Below, one piece after another: positions 8,895 through 19,765 of a DNA stretch of 64,000 nucleotides. A program made the translations under genes and the position numbers. Every line of letters begins with the position of its first letter. The stretch's first letter is position 1. The notes under the pieces are model-generated. The model was given only the letters and a program-made list of their open reading frames with translations, was not told where the DNA came from and did no database searches. Source of the stretch: Giardia intestinalis. Lineage: Eukaryota. The stretch lies in the NCBI GenBank assembly GCA_000002435.2, contig CM018793.1; one strand, given 5' to 3'.

Positions 8895-11258
8895 ATGCCT
8901 CGGCGCCCGCCTGCCCTCTTCGTCGCCGCGGCGGCCCCGTGCTCTTCGCTGTGTCTGGCGCGGACGGGTGCCTGCGTCGTGGAGGGGTCCTGGGCACCGC
9001 TGTGGACCTCGGACACTGCCGCAGCCAAGCGTCTCCTTTGCTCGCTACAAAAACAAACAAGCCCCGACCAGCCCTCCGTGCCGTCAGTCTTTGCTAAGGT
9101 ACTCCGGCAGGAAGTGGACCCTACGACAGGAGTGTTCTCACTATGGACTCAACGATCAACCACCTGCACGTACAACCAAGATCCCACTGGTGCGCTGCTC
9201 ACCTCGCTATGGGCCGCCTACACTCTTAGTAAAGCTATTGCGCCCTTAGCGACCAACAGAGCCTCGCACATAATGAGCTTTTTAGATGTTGTTCTAGGAT
9301 GTATGCAGCAGTCTTCGACCGGAAGTTTCAAGCTAGTATTGTCGGCCACTATGCTTGGTAAAGTACTGTCTGCATCAGATGTTCAGGGCTCTGGTTCAGT
9401 AACTTGCTGGGTAGCCTGTGCGGAAAAGGCTATAGCACAAATTGCCGAAGCCCTTCAGGTATTCATGTGTCGATGTTACTCTCTTGACAACTGGATAGTT
9501 ACGTGCGCTCTTTTCTTGAAGCCTTGTGAGCAGCCAATGCCCAGCCATAGCTCTAAGATAACAACCGTCTCCAGCATAAACTTCTTCCTTTCATCGTTGC
9601 TCACTGTCGTCCAAGAGCTGATAGCGATTCGGCTTGTACCCGCTAAGCTACAGACTCTTGTGGCTGCGGTTTGCAATAGTATAACAGTTCCTGTCAATGA
9701 CTTATTCGAGATGCTTCACAAAGAATACCAACAAGTAGTGTATGGCATTGGTGTTCCAATCGTTAAAGTGTCTTTCTTGGAGCAACAAAGGCGCTTATTC
9801 AACTCTTCGCCAGGTCTCCTTACGATAGAGCCGCTGAATTTATGGAACCTAGTGTACTATGACAACGGCGATACCATACTTATTCATGGACTTAGATATA
9901 GATCGATTGGAGTAGAGACGCTAGACAGCTATTTACATCTGGCAGGAGCTCAGAATAATAGTGGTGAGACGGCTCTTATGGTTGCTATTAAAACAAGGCA
10001 ATATGACCTTCTATCAACTCTCATTCCACTTGAGGGAGGCCTCACAGACTGCTATGGAAATACAGCTATCACTTTGATTTTATCCTCTGGAGATGACAAT
10101 CTACTTCCATATGTAGCAGCGATACTACGTTATGAAAGCGAAGCTCTAAGAAGACTCAACTTTACAGACCTAATGCTTGAGGTCTTCTCTGAGCCTTGTA
10201 CGAAGCTAACAAGACTTGATCAGACTCGCCAACAAACGGTCCATGGAGACACCGCATTGATGCTCGCTGTCCTCGTGGACCACCTATCCGCAGTACAAGC
10301 ACTAGCTCCACTCGAAGCCGGAATGCGGAACAAAAAGCTCAAACAAGCAGGTACAATTGCTCTCGAACTGGACAGGAGAGAGTGTATTGAATTGCTTATT
10401 CCATACGAGGATATTAGGGACGCTCAATCAAATACTGCTCTACATAGGGCTGTGATGGAAGCGCAAGGCGATGATATTGCTTCTGAGCTAAGCAAGTACC
10501 ACCAGATGGCAGGGAAATATAATGCTTCCGGATATACAGCATTAATGGAAGCTGCTCGACGCGGAAATACTAAGGCGGTCGTGGCCTTAGTGAAGATTGA
10601 GGGTGGAATGACAACCCCTAAAACAATTCCCATTACTCTTCTATCTCCTGGGATCAGTACTAAGACCTATCAAACCATCACTAGGGTTACGGCTTTTATG
10701 ATCTGTCTTATACAGTTATCGTCTTGCAATCCAGAATATGAAACAATTTTATATATTTTATCCAAAAGAGAGGGAGATATTGCGTGCTCTGATGGGATCA
10801 CACCTCTCATGCTACTGGGGATCCTGAACAAACCTATCTTTTACCCATTTTGTCAAGCAACTTTAGGAAGGGTCGATAACAAAGGAAAAACTTCTCTCAT
10901 ATATGCAGTGGAGCATGCCGCCTGGGATCTTGTTCTGCTTTTGCTTGAACACGAGGGAGGTCTTCAGGACTCCAGTGGCTGGACTGCTTTGCTTTATGCT
11001 GTTCGGGACAATACCATAATAGATAGTAGAGCGATAGCAGAGCTTGCTCGGCGGGAGGGGAATCTAATCAACCGGTGGGGTTGGTCTGCACTAACGTATG
11101 CTGTCCATAACAACAATGTTGATCTCATTCGCTTACTGCTTCCATTTAGTACGCAAGAGCAGATCGTCCAAGCACAGAGACACATCCACAGTATAAAAAG
11201 ATCCGATTCATCGAAAGAACATCTATCAAGTTTATTCGCCGTACTCGACGTCATGTAG
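8895..11258 (+). CDS. Ankyrin-repeat protein (Protein 21.1 family). The 5' 380 nt of the ORF is probably not translated; a more plausible start is ATG 9273.
   Basis: The ORF opens 3 nt after the tRNA and runs through a GC-rich, Ala/Pro-rich stretch. Ankyrin units (GETALMVAIK, GNTAITL, GDTALMLAV, GYTALMEAARRG, GWTALLYAV, GWSALTYAV) fill the C-terminal two-thirds. The 3' end overlaps the convergent gene by 27 nt. Confidence 0.6.
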   Translation: MPRRPPALFVAAAAPCSSLCLARTGACVVEGSWAPLWTSDTAAAKRLLCSLQKQTSPDQPSVPSVFAKVLRQEVDPTTGVFSLWTQRSTTCTYNQDPTGALLTSLWAAYTLSKAIAPLATNRASHIMSFLDVVLGCMQQSSTGSFKLVLSATMLGKVLSASDVQGSGSVTCWVACAEKAIAQIAEALQVFMCRCYSLDNWIVTCALFLKPCEQPMPSHSSKITTVSSINFFLSSLLTVVQELIAIRLVPAKLQTLVAAVCNSITVPVNDLFEMLHKEYQQVVYGIGVPIVKVSFLEQQRRLFNSSPGLLTIEPLNLWNLVYYDNGDTILIHGLRYRSIGVETLDSYLHLAGAQNNSGETALMVAIKTRQYDLLSTLIPLEGGLTDCYGNTAITLILSSGDDNLLPYVAAILRYESEALRRLNFTDLMLEVFSEPCTKLTRLDQTRQQTVHGDTALMLAVLVDHLSAVQALAPLEAGMRNKKLKQAGTIALELDRRECIELLIPYEDIRDAQSNTALHRAVMEAQGDDIASELSKYHQMAGKYNASGYTALMEAARRGNTKAVVALVKIEGGMTTPKTIPITLLSPGISTKTYQTITRVTAFMICLIQLSSCNPEYETILYILSKREGDIACSDGITPLMLLGILNKPIFYPFCQATLGRVDNKGKTSLIYAVEHAAWDLVLLLLEHEGGLQDSSGWTALLYAVRDNTIIDSRAIAELARREGNLINRWGWSALTYAVHNNNVDLIRLLLPFSTQEQIVQAQRHIHSIKRSDSSKEHLSSLFAVLDVM

Positions 11259-13634
11259 TGTTACTGCCAACTCATCTACTTGTGCCTGAAGCTCTTCGTT
11301 CCTTCTAGTTAGGTTGGATATTTCATTCACGATCTTTCTGATGTTAGTGTTAAGGTAGGCTATTTCGCTGTTTGTCTGTTCTATCTCACTTTCTACTTGC
11401 TTCTTCTCCTCCGTCAAAGCGCTACCTGGCGTGGCTGGTCGCACACTTTTGCGAATTTGTGCATTGCTTGCCCGTAAAAGTTCCAACGCTTGCTGTAGCC
11501 CAGCAACTTCCACCTCTGCCTGCTTAAGTTTAGCTGAATATTCCTCGTAGCGCGCTTGTAGGTCTGCATTCTTTTTGCCAAAGTTTATGATTGCATCCGA
11601 TTGTGCCGTGCGAGGGTCGGCCTCATCCATGGGTTTACCAGAAGCCGCACAGGTGAGAGAGCCGACGCGATCGGTCAAAATATCACATCGTATTTTCAGT
11701 TTCTCGATGTATATTCTCCTCTTCTTGAGCTCCAGACGAACTGCCGACAGATCCTGTGTCAATAGACGAATCTCTTGTGCCAGCAAACTTTTCACTGTTT
11801 CTAGCTCCTTGGAACGTTTCACGTTTCCGATTCTTATTTGTTCTTTTCGATTTGTAAGACCGAAAAGGATAGTAGTCCTACTCTTGTACTTTTCCAACAG
11901 TTCATCTCGCTTGATCTTCATGCTATCTAATTGTAAGAGCATGTCGGCTTTTCTATTGTTAAGCTTTTTCAGAGCATCTGCCGCAGTATTTGATGATAGC
12001 AAGTTTTCATGCAAATCAGAGTCCAATTTGTCCCGCTTCTGCTTCAGATCTGCTAGAGTGCGATTTAATCGCTCAACTTCACTCCTGACAGATCCTGTTT
12101 GTTGTTTTACTAATTTTGCGGTCCTTAGTTCTGTCTCCAATTGCTGCGTCAGACTTGCAATATTTCTCTTTAAGACTATGAGCTCCTCTAATGAATGATC
12201 GCCTCGGACAATGCTAAGCTTACGAGTCAACGCCTGAATCTCGTAATCTGCATTGTATATATGCTTGCGTTGTTGTTGTATCTGCTTCTCAAATTCTTGA
12301 ATTCTTGACTCTAATCCCTTGATGCTGCTTTGAAGCCCAGAAATGTCATTCTTTTCATTTGCTTCTTGTCGCTTGAACTCTGCTAGCTTCTGACCGATTT
12401 CCTGGAGCTTCTTTGTGGTGTCTTGGCTCTCCTTCCTCTTAAACTCGTACTCCTTTTCCACCGCATCTACCATTTTTGTCATGTACGCTGTGGTCTCTTC
12501 GAGCGTCAATGCTTTTGCTTTCATCTCCTCCTTAACAGCAGCGAGGAGCTCCAACCGAGCGTCTAAACGCTGACTATCTTTAACTCGGTTTTCGTAGCTC
12601 TGCTGCATACTCTCTAGGGTAGCCTGCTTAGCAGATATATCCCTTTGTGCAGAAGAAAGCGCCGACCGCTGAATTAGAATTTCACCGTTCATTGCATCAA
12701 GCTCCTTTTCAGCAACAACAAGGGCTGCAGATGCGGTATTTGTTTCTCGCTCCATAGATTCCAGCTCACTGTTGGCGGCGTTCCTGGCTCGGATAACCTC
12801 TTCGAGCTCTTGCTGAGCTCGTCTATCAGTAGCCCGCAGGTTTTCGAGGTCTAGCCGAGAGCTTTCATATCGCTCGTTGAGCATTGCTTCTTGTGTATCT
12901 TTGCTTTCTAATAAAACAACAGCCTGCTGAAATTGACCCATGGCAACTCGCCGAGATTCTTGAAGACGGCTGAATGTAATTGCCGCCTTGTCCAATGAGA
13001 CCTGAGCAGTCATAGTCTCGTTGACCTCTGTCTTAAGAAGATCAGTGAGAGATGTGATGACCTCGTGTTGGCGTCGCAAGGCTTGCTCTAAGTCTCCCCG
13101 GCGCTTTTCGTCTATAGCTGTATATTTCTGAAGTGTAAACGCGTCGTCGCTCTTTTGCTCCGACGCAAGGTGCCATTCAGCACGCTCGTCCTCAAGCCAT
13201 TGGGCGTCCTTTTGGAGCTCTGCGAGTCGTGTGTGTTGTTTGAGAAGATTTGTCTGGCCAACCTGCCTGCGCTCCTCCACAGTATTCTTCATGCCTTCGC
13301 ACTGTCTTATCTTGGCATTCATGCGTCCGAGGTCTCTTTCGACCAGAGTTGTCAGGTGCTTCTCGGCCTTCACTTCCTGGTCTCTAGCATTCGCTAGCGA
13401 TTGCGCATGGTTCAGTTCCTGGACGACAGCCTCTGAGTGCTTCTTCATCGCCAACGTGCGAGACTCTAGCTGAGAGAGCTCGTCTATCAGGGCCGTGATT
13501 TCGGTTGAAACCTCCTTCAGATCCTCATGTCTTTGCATGTTCTCCTCGTTAGCAAACGCTGGCATTGCAAGCTCGATCGGCCTCCATATGGTCGTTAAGA
13601 CCTCCCGAAGATTAACATCTTTCACAACAGACAT
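11232..13634 (-). CDS. Coiled-coil protein (800 aa; E/K/L/Q-rich heptad repeats)
   Basis: ATG at 13634. Long continuous ORF with composition typical of Giardia cytoskeletal coiled-coil proteins. No enzymatic motif. Confidence 0.7.
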   Translation of the reverse strand: MSVVKDVNLREVLTTIWRPIELAMPAFANEENMQRHEDLKEVSTEITALIDELSQLESRTLAMKKHSEAVVQELNHAQSLANARDQEVKAEKHLTTLVERDLGRMNAKIRQCEGMKNTVEERRQVGQTNLLKQHTRLAELQKDAQWLEDERAEWHLASEQKSDDAFTLQKYTAIDEKRRGDLEQALRRQHEVITSLTDLLKTEVNETMTAQVSLDKAAITFSRLQESRRVAMGQFQQAVVLLESKDTQEAMLNERYESSRLDLENLRATDRRAQQELEEVIRARNAANSELESMERETNTASAALVVAEKELDAMNGEILIQRSALSSAQRDISAKQATLESMQQSYENRVKDSQRLDARLELLAAVKEEMKAKALTLEETTAYMTKMVDAVEKEYEFKRKESQDTTKKLQEIGQKLAEFKRQEANEKNDISGLQSSIKGLESRIQEFEKQIQQQRKHIYNADYEIQALTRKLSIVRGDHSLEELIVLKRNIASLTQQLETELRTAKLVKQQTGSVRSEVERLNRTLADLKQKRDKLDSDLHENLLSSNTAADALKKLNNRKADMLLQLDSMKIKRDELLEKYKSRTTILFGLTNRKEQIRIGNVKRSKELETVKSLLAQEIRLLTQDLSAVRLELKKRRIYIEKLKIRCDILTDRVGSLTCAASGKPMDEADPRTAQSDAIINFGKKNADLQARYEEYSAKLKQAEVEVAGLQQALELLRASNAQIRKSVRPATPGSALTEEKKQVESEIEQTNSEIAYLNTNIRKIVNEISNLTRRNEELQAQVDELAVTLHDVEYGE

Positions 13635-13676
13635 ACAACAGGAATTCTGACAAAATTTACTTTCTCAAGTTGAAAT

Positions 13677-15677
13677 TTATTCGATGACTAGGGGCTCCTC
13701 CTCGGGATCTGCCTTAGGGTTCTGAACTGCACCAGGACCAGCTGGAGAACCGGTGGCGCGATCTACTTCTGCCGAGGCGCTCATTTCTGCCTCTATCTTA
13801 AGCCTCAACTTTTTTGGATAGCCGAACTTGTCCGCCTCAAATATACTCGTGCCAGAAAGAAGCGCAAAGCACATGGCAAGGATGCTTACAAGGGACATGA
13901 CGATATCCGTAACAGCAAAGGCGTTGTAGTAAACGTTTGTGTACTTCACCCATAGAGGGTTAGAGTTGATCTGTGGGTAAGGAACTTCTGCGCTCCCCCA
14001 GTTGAGATTCATGTACAGATCGTGAATGACATTGACTAGAGCAATACCAATGGCATACCCAGCTTCGCGGAAGGTCTGGATACAGCCACCCATCATACCT
14101 CTAATATCGGGCGTTGCTATAGCCATCATGAACTGATTATTAGTGGTAAAGAAGACACCCAGGCCGAACGAGAACATCATGTTGCAGATAACAATCCAAC
14201 CAATATCATAAGGGATGATGAACCCTAGAATAATGATGAGAACAGCAACATAGATGGATACGACCAGCTTAATGATGTAACTTGTCATCTTCTTTGCAAG
14301 GAAGTTGCAGACAATGGAGGATGCCGTCTGGGCTATAGGAGACACGAGGGAAAGGAGACCGACCACATAAGGCTCCAGCTGATGGATGTTCTGCAGGGCA
14401 AACGGCATCTGGAACGAAACCGTGACGATGAGCGCAAAGTTCCAAAGACCGGCCAGAAGAGAGTAGATGATCTTTTTATTAGTGAGAATTGCTCGGGGAA
14501 GAATTGCAAACGGATGCTTAAGCTCCCAGAAAACAAACCCAACGATCCCGCCAATGCCTAGGAGGAAGAGGACAATCCCCATAGCGACGGCGTTCTTTTC
14601 CGGAGGGATAAAGGTAAGCCCCATGATCATCACGATAAGAGATACCAGGATAAGGATGGTGCCCACGTAGTCAAACTTGCTCTCCTTGAAGCGAGGAACC
14701 TTAGGGAGATAGAGCCAACAGAAAAGAATAGAAAAGAACCCGATGAAAATGTTAATGAAGAAGCAGAAGTCCCAGCCTACAAACTGTCCCAGCATGCCAC
14801 CAAGCGGGGGTCCAAGAGCTGTCGCCGCAGCGAACGCCATCGAATTCATAGCCATTGCGGTTGGAATGTCTTTTTGTTCCACTAGAATCCCGCAGAGTGA
14901 CATGGTGTTCGCCATAAGGAATGCAGCGGTGATCCCTTGAAAGAGTCGTGACCCTATGAGAACATAAAAACCTCCATATGGCCAAGGTGTCATGTCGGTA
15001 CTAATGTATCTGGAGAGGCCACAGAGGGTAGAAAAAAGCACAAACCCAGAGACACCCCATCTATGCACCACCGTAACGCCATACCTGTCACCAATCTTTG
15101 AGGCGGGGATGGCGAACGACGCGAACGCGACAGAGTATATGTCATTGATCCACTGAATGGTGGACATTGGTATCTCGCCTCCTTGTGGCCCGACAAAGTT
15201 CTTCTCATGCATGATAAGGGGGTTGCAAATGTTGACAATTGTCATGTCCAAAGAAGACATTGCAAGCGACCAGCCAACAAGCAAAATAAGCTTTGTGGGC
15301 TTGAGCTTGGGGATTTTCTGGAGATCCTTAAAGAACTCTAGCCTAGAGATATTGGCCTTCTTTCTCAGGATGGTGTCTCCAGCTTCCTTCCTCTCTCGCT
15401 TGGTCATATCGGCTACTTTAGACTCATATTCGTCCTCCATCCTCTCTAGATCCTTCTTGGCGACGGTGATAAAGAACTGCATGGTCTCCTCCTTCAGCTT
15501 GCCAGAAGACATAAGTGCGCCAATCTGCATGGGTTGCAAACGCCCTGCAACAAGCATTTCGCGTGCCCTATCAGGGGTCAGCGTCTCTGCAAGCTTATGC
15601 ATCTCGGCCATCTGGGCCATAATCTTGGCGTCCTTCGGCGGTGCGTCCACGCCCATGGAGGTTTTTTTTGAGGGCAT
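13677..15677 (-). CDS. Major facilitator superfamily transporter with a ~130-aa cytoplasmic N-terminal extension
   Basis: About 12-14 hydrophobic helices. MFS signature-like SKIGDRYG between TM2 and TM3. A-rich initiator aaaaaATG. AGTAAAT polyA signal 15 nt after the stop, inside the 42-bp spacer before the next gene. Confidence 0.7.
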   Translation of the reverse strand: MPSKKTSMGVDAPPKDAKIMAQMAEMHKLAETLTPDRAREMLVAGRLQPMQIGALMSSGKLKEETMQFFITVAKKDLERMEDEYESKVADMTKRERKEAGDTILRKKANISRLEFFKDLQKIPKLKPTKLILLVGWSLAMSSLDMTIVNICNPLIMHEKNFVGPQGGEIPMSTIQWINDIYSVAFASFAIPASKIGDRYGVTVVHRWGVSGFVLFSTLCGLSRYISTDMTPWPYGGFYVLIGSRLFQGITAAFLMANTMSLCGILVEQKDIPTAMAMNSMAFAAATALGPPLGGMLGQFVGWDFCFFINIFIGFFSILFCWLYLPKVPRFKESKFDYVGTILILVSLIVMIMGLTFIPPEKNAVAMGIVLFLLGIGGIVGFVFWELKHPFAILPRAILTNKKIIYSLLAGLWNFALIVTVSFQMPFALQNIHQLEPYVVGLLSLVSPIAQTASSIVCNFLAKKMTSYIIKLVVSIYVAVLIIILGFIIPYDIGWIVICNMMFSFGLGVFFTTNNQFMMAIATPDIRGMMGGCIQTFREAGYAIGIALVNVIHDLYMNLNWGSAEVPYPQINSNPLWVKYTNVYYNAFAVTDIVMSLVSILAMCFALLSGTSIFEADKFGYPKKLRLKIEAEMSASAEVDRATGSPAGPGAVQNPKADPEEEPLVIE

Positions 15678-15729
15678 TTTTTAATGATTCCTTTGGATTA
15701 AAATTTAGGATCTAGACTGCATCAAATCC

Positions 15730-17523
15730 ATGGGTATTGCGGAGAAGCTGGCAGAATATCGAGAGCTTATGGCCATCAAGCGGGGCCATTATGGGATAGT
15801 GCACAAGGTGGAGCATATCAGCACGAAAAAAATATATGCTAGAAAAACCGTCAAATACGGGAAACTGGACCAGCGAGGGGTTGAGCTCATAATGCGTGAA
15901 GCTAACCTTCTTAGCCGCATGAAGCATATAAATGTACTAGGATATCACGACGTGGTGATAGATGAAGTAGAGAAAGTCATCTACATCTTTACCGAGTTCT
16001 GTAATAAGGGTGATCTTTTCCAATTAATCGACAAGCACCGATATCCTCGGACAAATATCCCCGAAGAGCGCATATGGAAGCTCTTCGGACAACTTCTACT
16101 GGCACTGGAATACTGTCATTGCCCCACTAAAGAGAACTTTGAGCTTGGCGAGATCGTTATTCATAGGGACATCAAGCCGGCCAATATTTTGATAACGAAT
16201 GATGATGTGGTAAAGCTTGCCGACTTTGGATTCTCTCGGTCGTTTAATTCCTCAGACATGCTCAAAACCCAATTGGGTACGCCGAGCTACACTGCACCAG
16301 AGGTCCTCAACAAAACGCCCTACAATGAGAAGGCAGATATCTGGTCTCTAGGGTGCGTTATATTCCACTTATGCAGCCTGGAGTTTCCATTCCAGGCCAT
16401 GACCCACGCAGACCTGGCACGCAATGTCCGCGATGGAAAGCGACGCCCATTTCCACAAGGCATATACAGCAAGGAGCTCGAGGAACTGGTGGATTCGATG
16501 ATGATTGTTGATTATACCCAGAGGCCTAGTGCTGCCCAGTTAATTCGTCACCGGAAATTCATCGAGCACGGGGTCATCACGGCCGACTATCTCAATACAA
16601 ACCCCACCGAGGAGATTGACGACAAGGCTAAGATGATTGCCGAGCTGAAGATGTGTCTAAAGATGAAGCAGCAAGAGGTCGACAACCTGGAAGACGATTT
16701 ATCAAACAATAAGGAGATAATGGAAGCAATGACGATTACGAAGACTGCAAGTGCGCCCTCTGGGACTGCCACGTCAAGCGCAGAGAGCAATAACGATGCA
16801 GTAGAAAAGCTTCGTGCAGAACTTAGTTTACAATCAATGCGGGTAAAGCAATTAGAAGCAGAGAATAGCGAACTTCGTTCGCAAAACACCATTTTGACAA
16901 ATAAAATTCTCAAATTAGAAGAGGCTGCAAGGCGGGTCGCTCAGGCCCAATCTGCAATCGCGTCAGATGGTATGACAGCTCTGATGCGTGCAGTTCAAAT
17001 GAATGACATTGCTGGAATCAAGGCTCATATAGCAACAGATGCAGGGAAAAAGAACCGCAAAGGGAAAACTGCCTTAATGATGTGTAGCGATACCGGAAAA
17101 ACTGAAGCTGCGGCACTTCTTATTCCGTATGAGGCCGGGACTAAGATGTCCGACGGCACTACAGCTTTGATTCTCGCAGCAATAGCGGGTCACGTTGACA
17201 TTGTTAATATTCTCAAAAAGAAGGAAGGAAAGATGCAGGCTAGACAGGGGGACACTGCCCTGATCAACGCTGCTGTTACTGGGCATGCAGAGGTTGTGCG
17301 CGCCCTTGTAGAAATCGAAGCCGGTCTCCGCATGGACGATGGGCGTGCAGCCATCCACAATGCCGCTTATAAGGGCCATCTCGAATGTGTCAAGATCCTG
17401 CTGCCATACGAGTACCACATGCGCGATAAATCTGGCCTGAGTCCCCTCAAGTACGCTAGCAAAGGAAAGCAGGAGGCTGTTGTTGATTATATAAGAACAT
17501 GGCTACAGACTAACAACAAGTAG
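15730..17523 (+). CDS. NEK-family Ser/Thr protein kinase with central coiled coil and C-terminal ankyrin repeats
   Basis: Catalytic motifs intact: GHYGIV/YARK, HRDIKPANILI, DFGFSR, GTPSYTAPEV. These are followed by coiled coil and GMTALMRAV / GKTALMMCS / GTTALILAA / GDTALINAA ankyrin units. Confidence 0.85.
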   Translation: MGIAEKLAEYRELMAIKRGHYGIVHKVEHISTKKIYARKTVKYGKLDQRGVELIMREANLLSRMKHINVLGYHDVVIDEVEKVIYIFTEFCNKGDLFQLIDKHRYPRTNIPEERIWKLFGQLLLALEYCHCPTKENFELGEIVIHRDIKPANILITNDDVVKLADFGFSRSFNSSDMLKTQLGTPSYTAPEVLNKTPYNEKADIWSLGCVIFHLCSLEFPFQAMTHADLARNVRDGKRRPFPQGIYSKELEELVDSMMIVDYTQRPSAAQLIRHRKFIEHGVITADYLNTNPTEEIDDKAKMIAELKMCLKMKQQEVDNLEDDLSNNKEIMEAMTITKTASAPSGTATSSAESNNDAVEKLRAELSLQSMRVKQLEAENSELRSQNTILTNKILKLEEAARRVAQAQSAIASDGMTALMRAVQMNDIAGIKAHIATDAGKKNRKGKTALMMCSDTGKTEAAALLIPYEAGTKMSDGTTALILAAIAGHVDIVNILKKKEGKMQARQGDTALINAAVTGHAEVVRALVEIEAGLRMDDGRAAIHNAAYKGHLECVKILLPYEYHMRDKSGLSPLKYASKGKQEAVVDYIRTWLQTNNK

Positions 17524-17553
17524 TGGCGGTGAAACTTTCTACAGGAATATGTG

Positions 17554-19062
17554 TTACGAATGTGTAAACGTGTCGTAAGTAAGCTGGAGTATGGCGGACA
17601 AGACCTGCCTGCTGCTTGCGCTCCAGTCGATAAGAAGGTCCTCTATTTGTGTTGCAAGCTCCACTAGCTTGTGATGAAGGGAAGGGAGATCACAACAGTG
17701 TTGGGCCTCCCGGATGGATCGATCAAGTAGACTTCGGACTCGCTTGACAAGAATTTCAAACTCGTGTGTCATAGTACGCGCAACTTCTACGGGGGTGATA
17801 GCGAGGTGAGGCTGTTCTACGCGAACAACCTTTACAGACCGGTGAGGAGAGTTCGTATTGTGTGCTGAAGCTCTATTCTTTTCCTCAGGTGTCGTGCTAC
17901 TAAGTACAGCGCCTGTTGTGCCACGCAGGCTATTTGAAATAGTAGACGATAACTGCTGCAGTTCGCTGTTCATGGCATGAAGTAGCGACTCGTCAGTGCT
18001 AGTACGGAAGTGAATATTGACTTTTCGAGCCTTACGATCGACTTCTCGCATGTAAAGCATCCGAAAGCGATTAAGATCCTGCTTAAGCCGGTAAATCTGG
18101 TTATCCGATAAGACCTTTTCATATGGAATTCCCATGGAAAGACGCCGGCGCAGAGCTATAATTTCTGCACGTAGACGCGATGTTGCTAGTGCACACGCTT
18201 CGTCGTCTACACGTTTCATCAGTGCACACAGTGCAATCAAAAGCTCCTTGGCTTCCTCCTTGGGAATAAGGTATCTCGCCATAAACTGTGCCATGAGGCA
18301 ATACGCTTGTTCTGGAATGAAGGTCCCTTCGACAAAGCGAGGGGCAATATGCACAGGGCTCATTCCCTGGCATTCTAGATTCAGTGAGAAGCTTGTTTTA
18401 GAACTATCAAGGAAAATCGGCATGATTCCTCGCCGCATAAACGCCCCAGTGATGCGCTCGATTTGCTGTGCAGTTGGCTGTAGTGCATGAATAGTGTTCA
18501 GCAGAACCGCAATGGTATCGTACGCGACGTCTAGTTGATCATCACGGAGGTTTGGCGGTGCTCTAAGGCCAAGCACCGTTTCTCTGCTTTGGAAAAGCCC
18601 TATTCCTGAGTGCTCCGGTTGCGGAAGCGGACGTGTAGACTTGTCTTTTGAATTAGAAGATGCGTTGGGAGAAGTGTTAAGATCTGCTGTGCCAACTTCA
18701 CTATTAGACGAGTCGTAGCTTGAGTATAAATAGGAATCATCGTCTACATGGAGGTTTTCCTGGGATTGTTTGCGCTTATTCGATAAAACAGACTCAATGA
18801 ACGCCTTTGTCTGTCGGAGAGAACTATCATCGGCGAGACTTGCCCGTTCTCCAGATAAGTGGAAGGGCCTGCTCTGACAGTGAAGTTTTTCTTGCAGCTT
18901 GTAGAATTGGTCCTTATAATATCGCAGCTCCTTCTTTGTCCTTTGTAGCTCATCTGCCAGGAAATCGCGCTCTTTTAGTAACGCATCAACATAGTCGGCA
19001 CATTCGTGGGTGTCATATTCAGATGATGTCGACTTGAGGCTGTTGTCAGCGCTTGGTTCCAT
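17554..19062 (-). CDS. Hypothetical protein (502 aa)
   Basis: Clean ORF with A-rich initiator (ctaaaaaaccATG on the coding strand). Convergent with the NEK gene (stops 30 bp apart). No recognisable domain. Confidence 0.6.
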   Translation of the reverse strand: MEPSADNSLKSTSSEYDTHECADYVDALLKERDFLADELQRTKKELRYYKDQFYKLQEKLHCQSRPFHLSGERASLADDSSLRQTKAFIESVLSNKRKQSQENLHVDDDSYLYSSYDSSNSEVGTADLNTSPNASSNSKDKSTRPLPQPEHSGIGLFQSRETVLGLRAPPNLRDDQLDVAYDTIAVLLNTIHALQPTAQQIERITGAFMRRGIMPIFLDSSKTSFSLNLECQGMSPVHIAPRFVEGTFIPEQAYCLMAQFMARYLIPKEEAKELLIALCALMKRVDDEACALATSRLRAEIIALRRRLSMGIPYEKVLSDNQIYRLKQDLNRFRMLYMREVDRKARKVNIHFRTSTDESLLHAMNSELQQLSSTISNSLRGTTGAVLSSTTPEEKNRASAHNTNSPHRSVKVVRVEQPHLAITPVEVARTMTHEFEILVKRVRSLLDRSIREAQHCCDLPSLHHKLVELATQIEDLLIDWSASSRQVLSAILQLTYDTFTHS

Positions 19063-19765
19063 GGTTTTTTAGAAGGGTAAGTCTTTTCGCTCTGATTGAT
19101 GATTCACTCCATCCACTGGTTACTTCTAGTATTGTGTCACCAACTGTCCATAGGCGTCTGCTGGTGCCATGCGCTCACGTCTGTCGTCTACCTGTACCAA
19201 GCAGCGTCTCTGTGTCCATAGAACCGTGCCACTCATCGAGATGAGCTACTGAATGACAAGACCTGCTCCATCGCTCTGTGCTACAGACCCCGAGTCTAGT
19301 AGTGCTATGAGCCTCAGTAGTGGCTCTGCCCTCTCCACTGGGACCATCGCGGGCACCGCCGCGGCTGCCGTCGGGCTCCTCTGCAGAGGCGAGACGCAGA
19401 CCTGGGCGGCAGACACGCGGCCGGACTGGCCCGGGTCTGGCGGACACCGCGCCTCCGGGGGGCTTTTTGAAAAGGCTGGCGATCCGACCGGCGCCCTGCC
19501 GCCCGAGGGTCTGCGCTCCACCCCGGGCCCCGCCCCACGGCGCCCTCTCCCGCGCGGACTGGCGCAGCGCGTCCCCGGAGGAGGGCATCTCGGCGTGTGC
19601 AGGCAGACTCGGCCTTGTGGCGGATCGATTTGATCCCGCTATACGCGGCGTCTGAGGACGGCTCAGCGGCGGTCCGCTCTTGTGCGCAAGCGACTGCCCC
19701 ATGGATTGCCCTTCTTATGTTTGCAACATACTGGCACATGACTGGCCCGGCCTTAAAATCACCGC

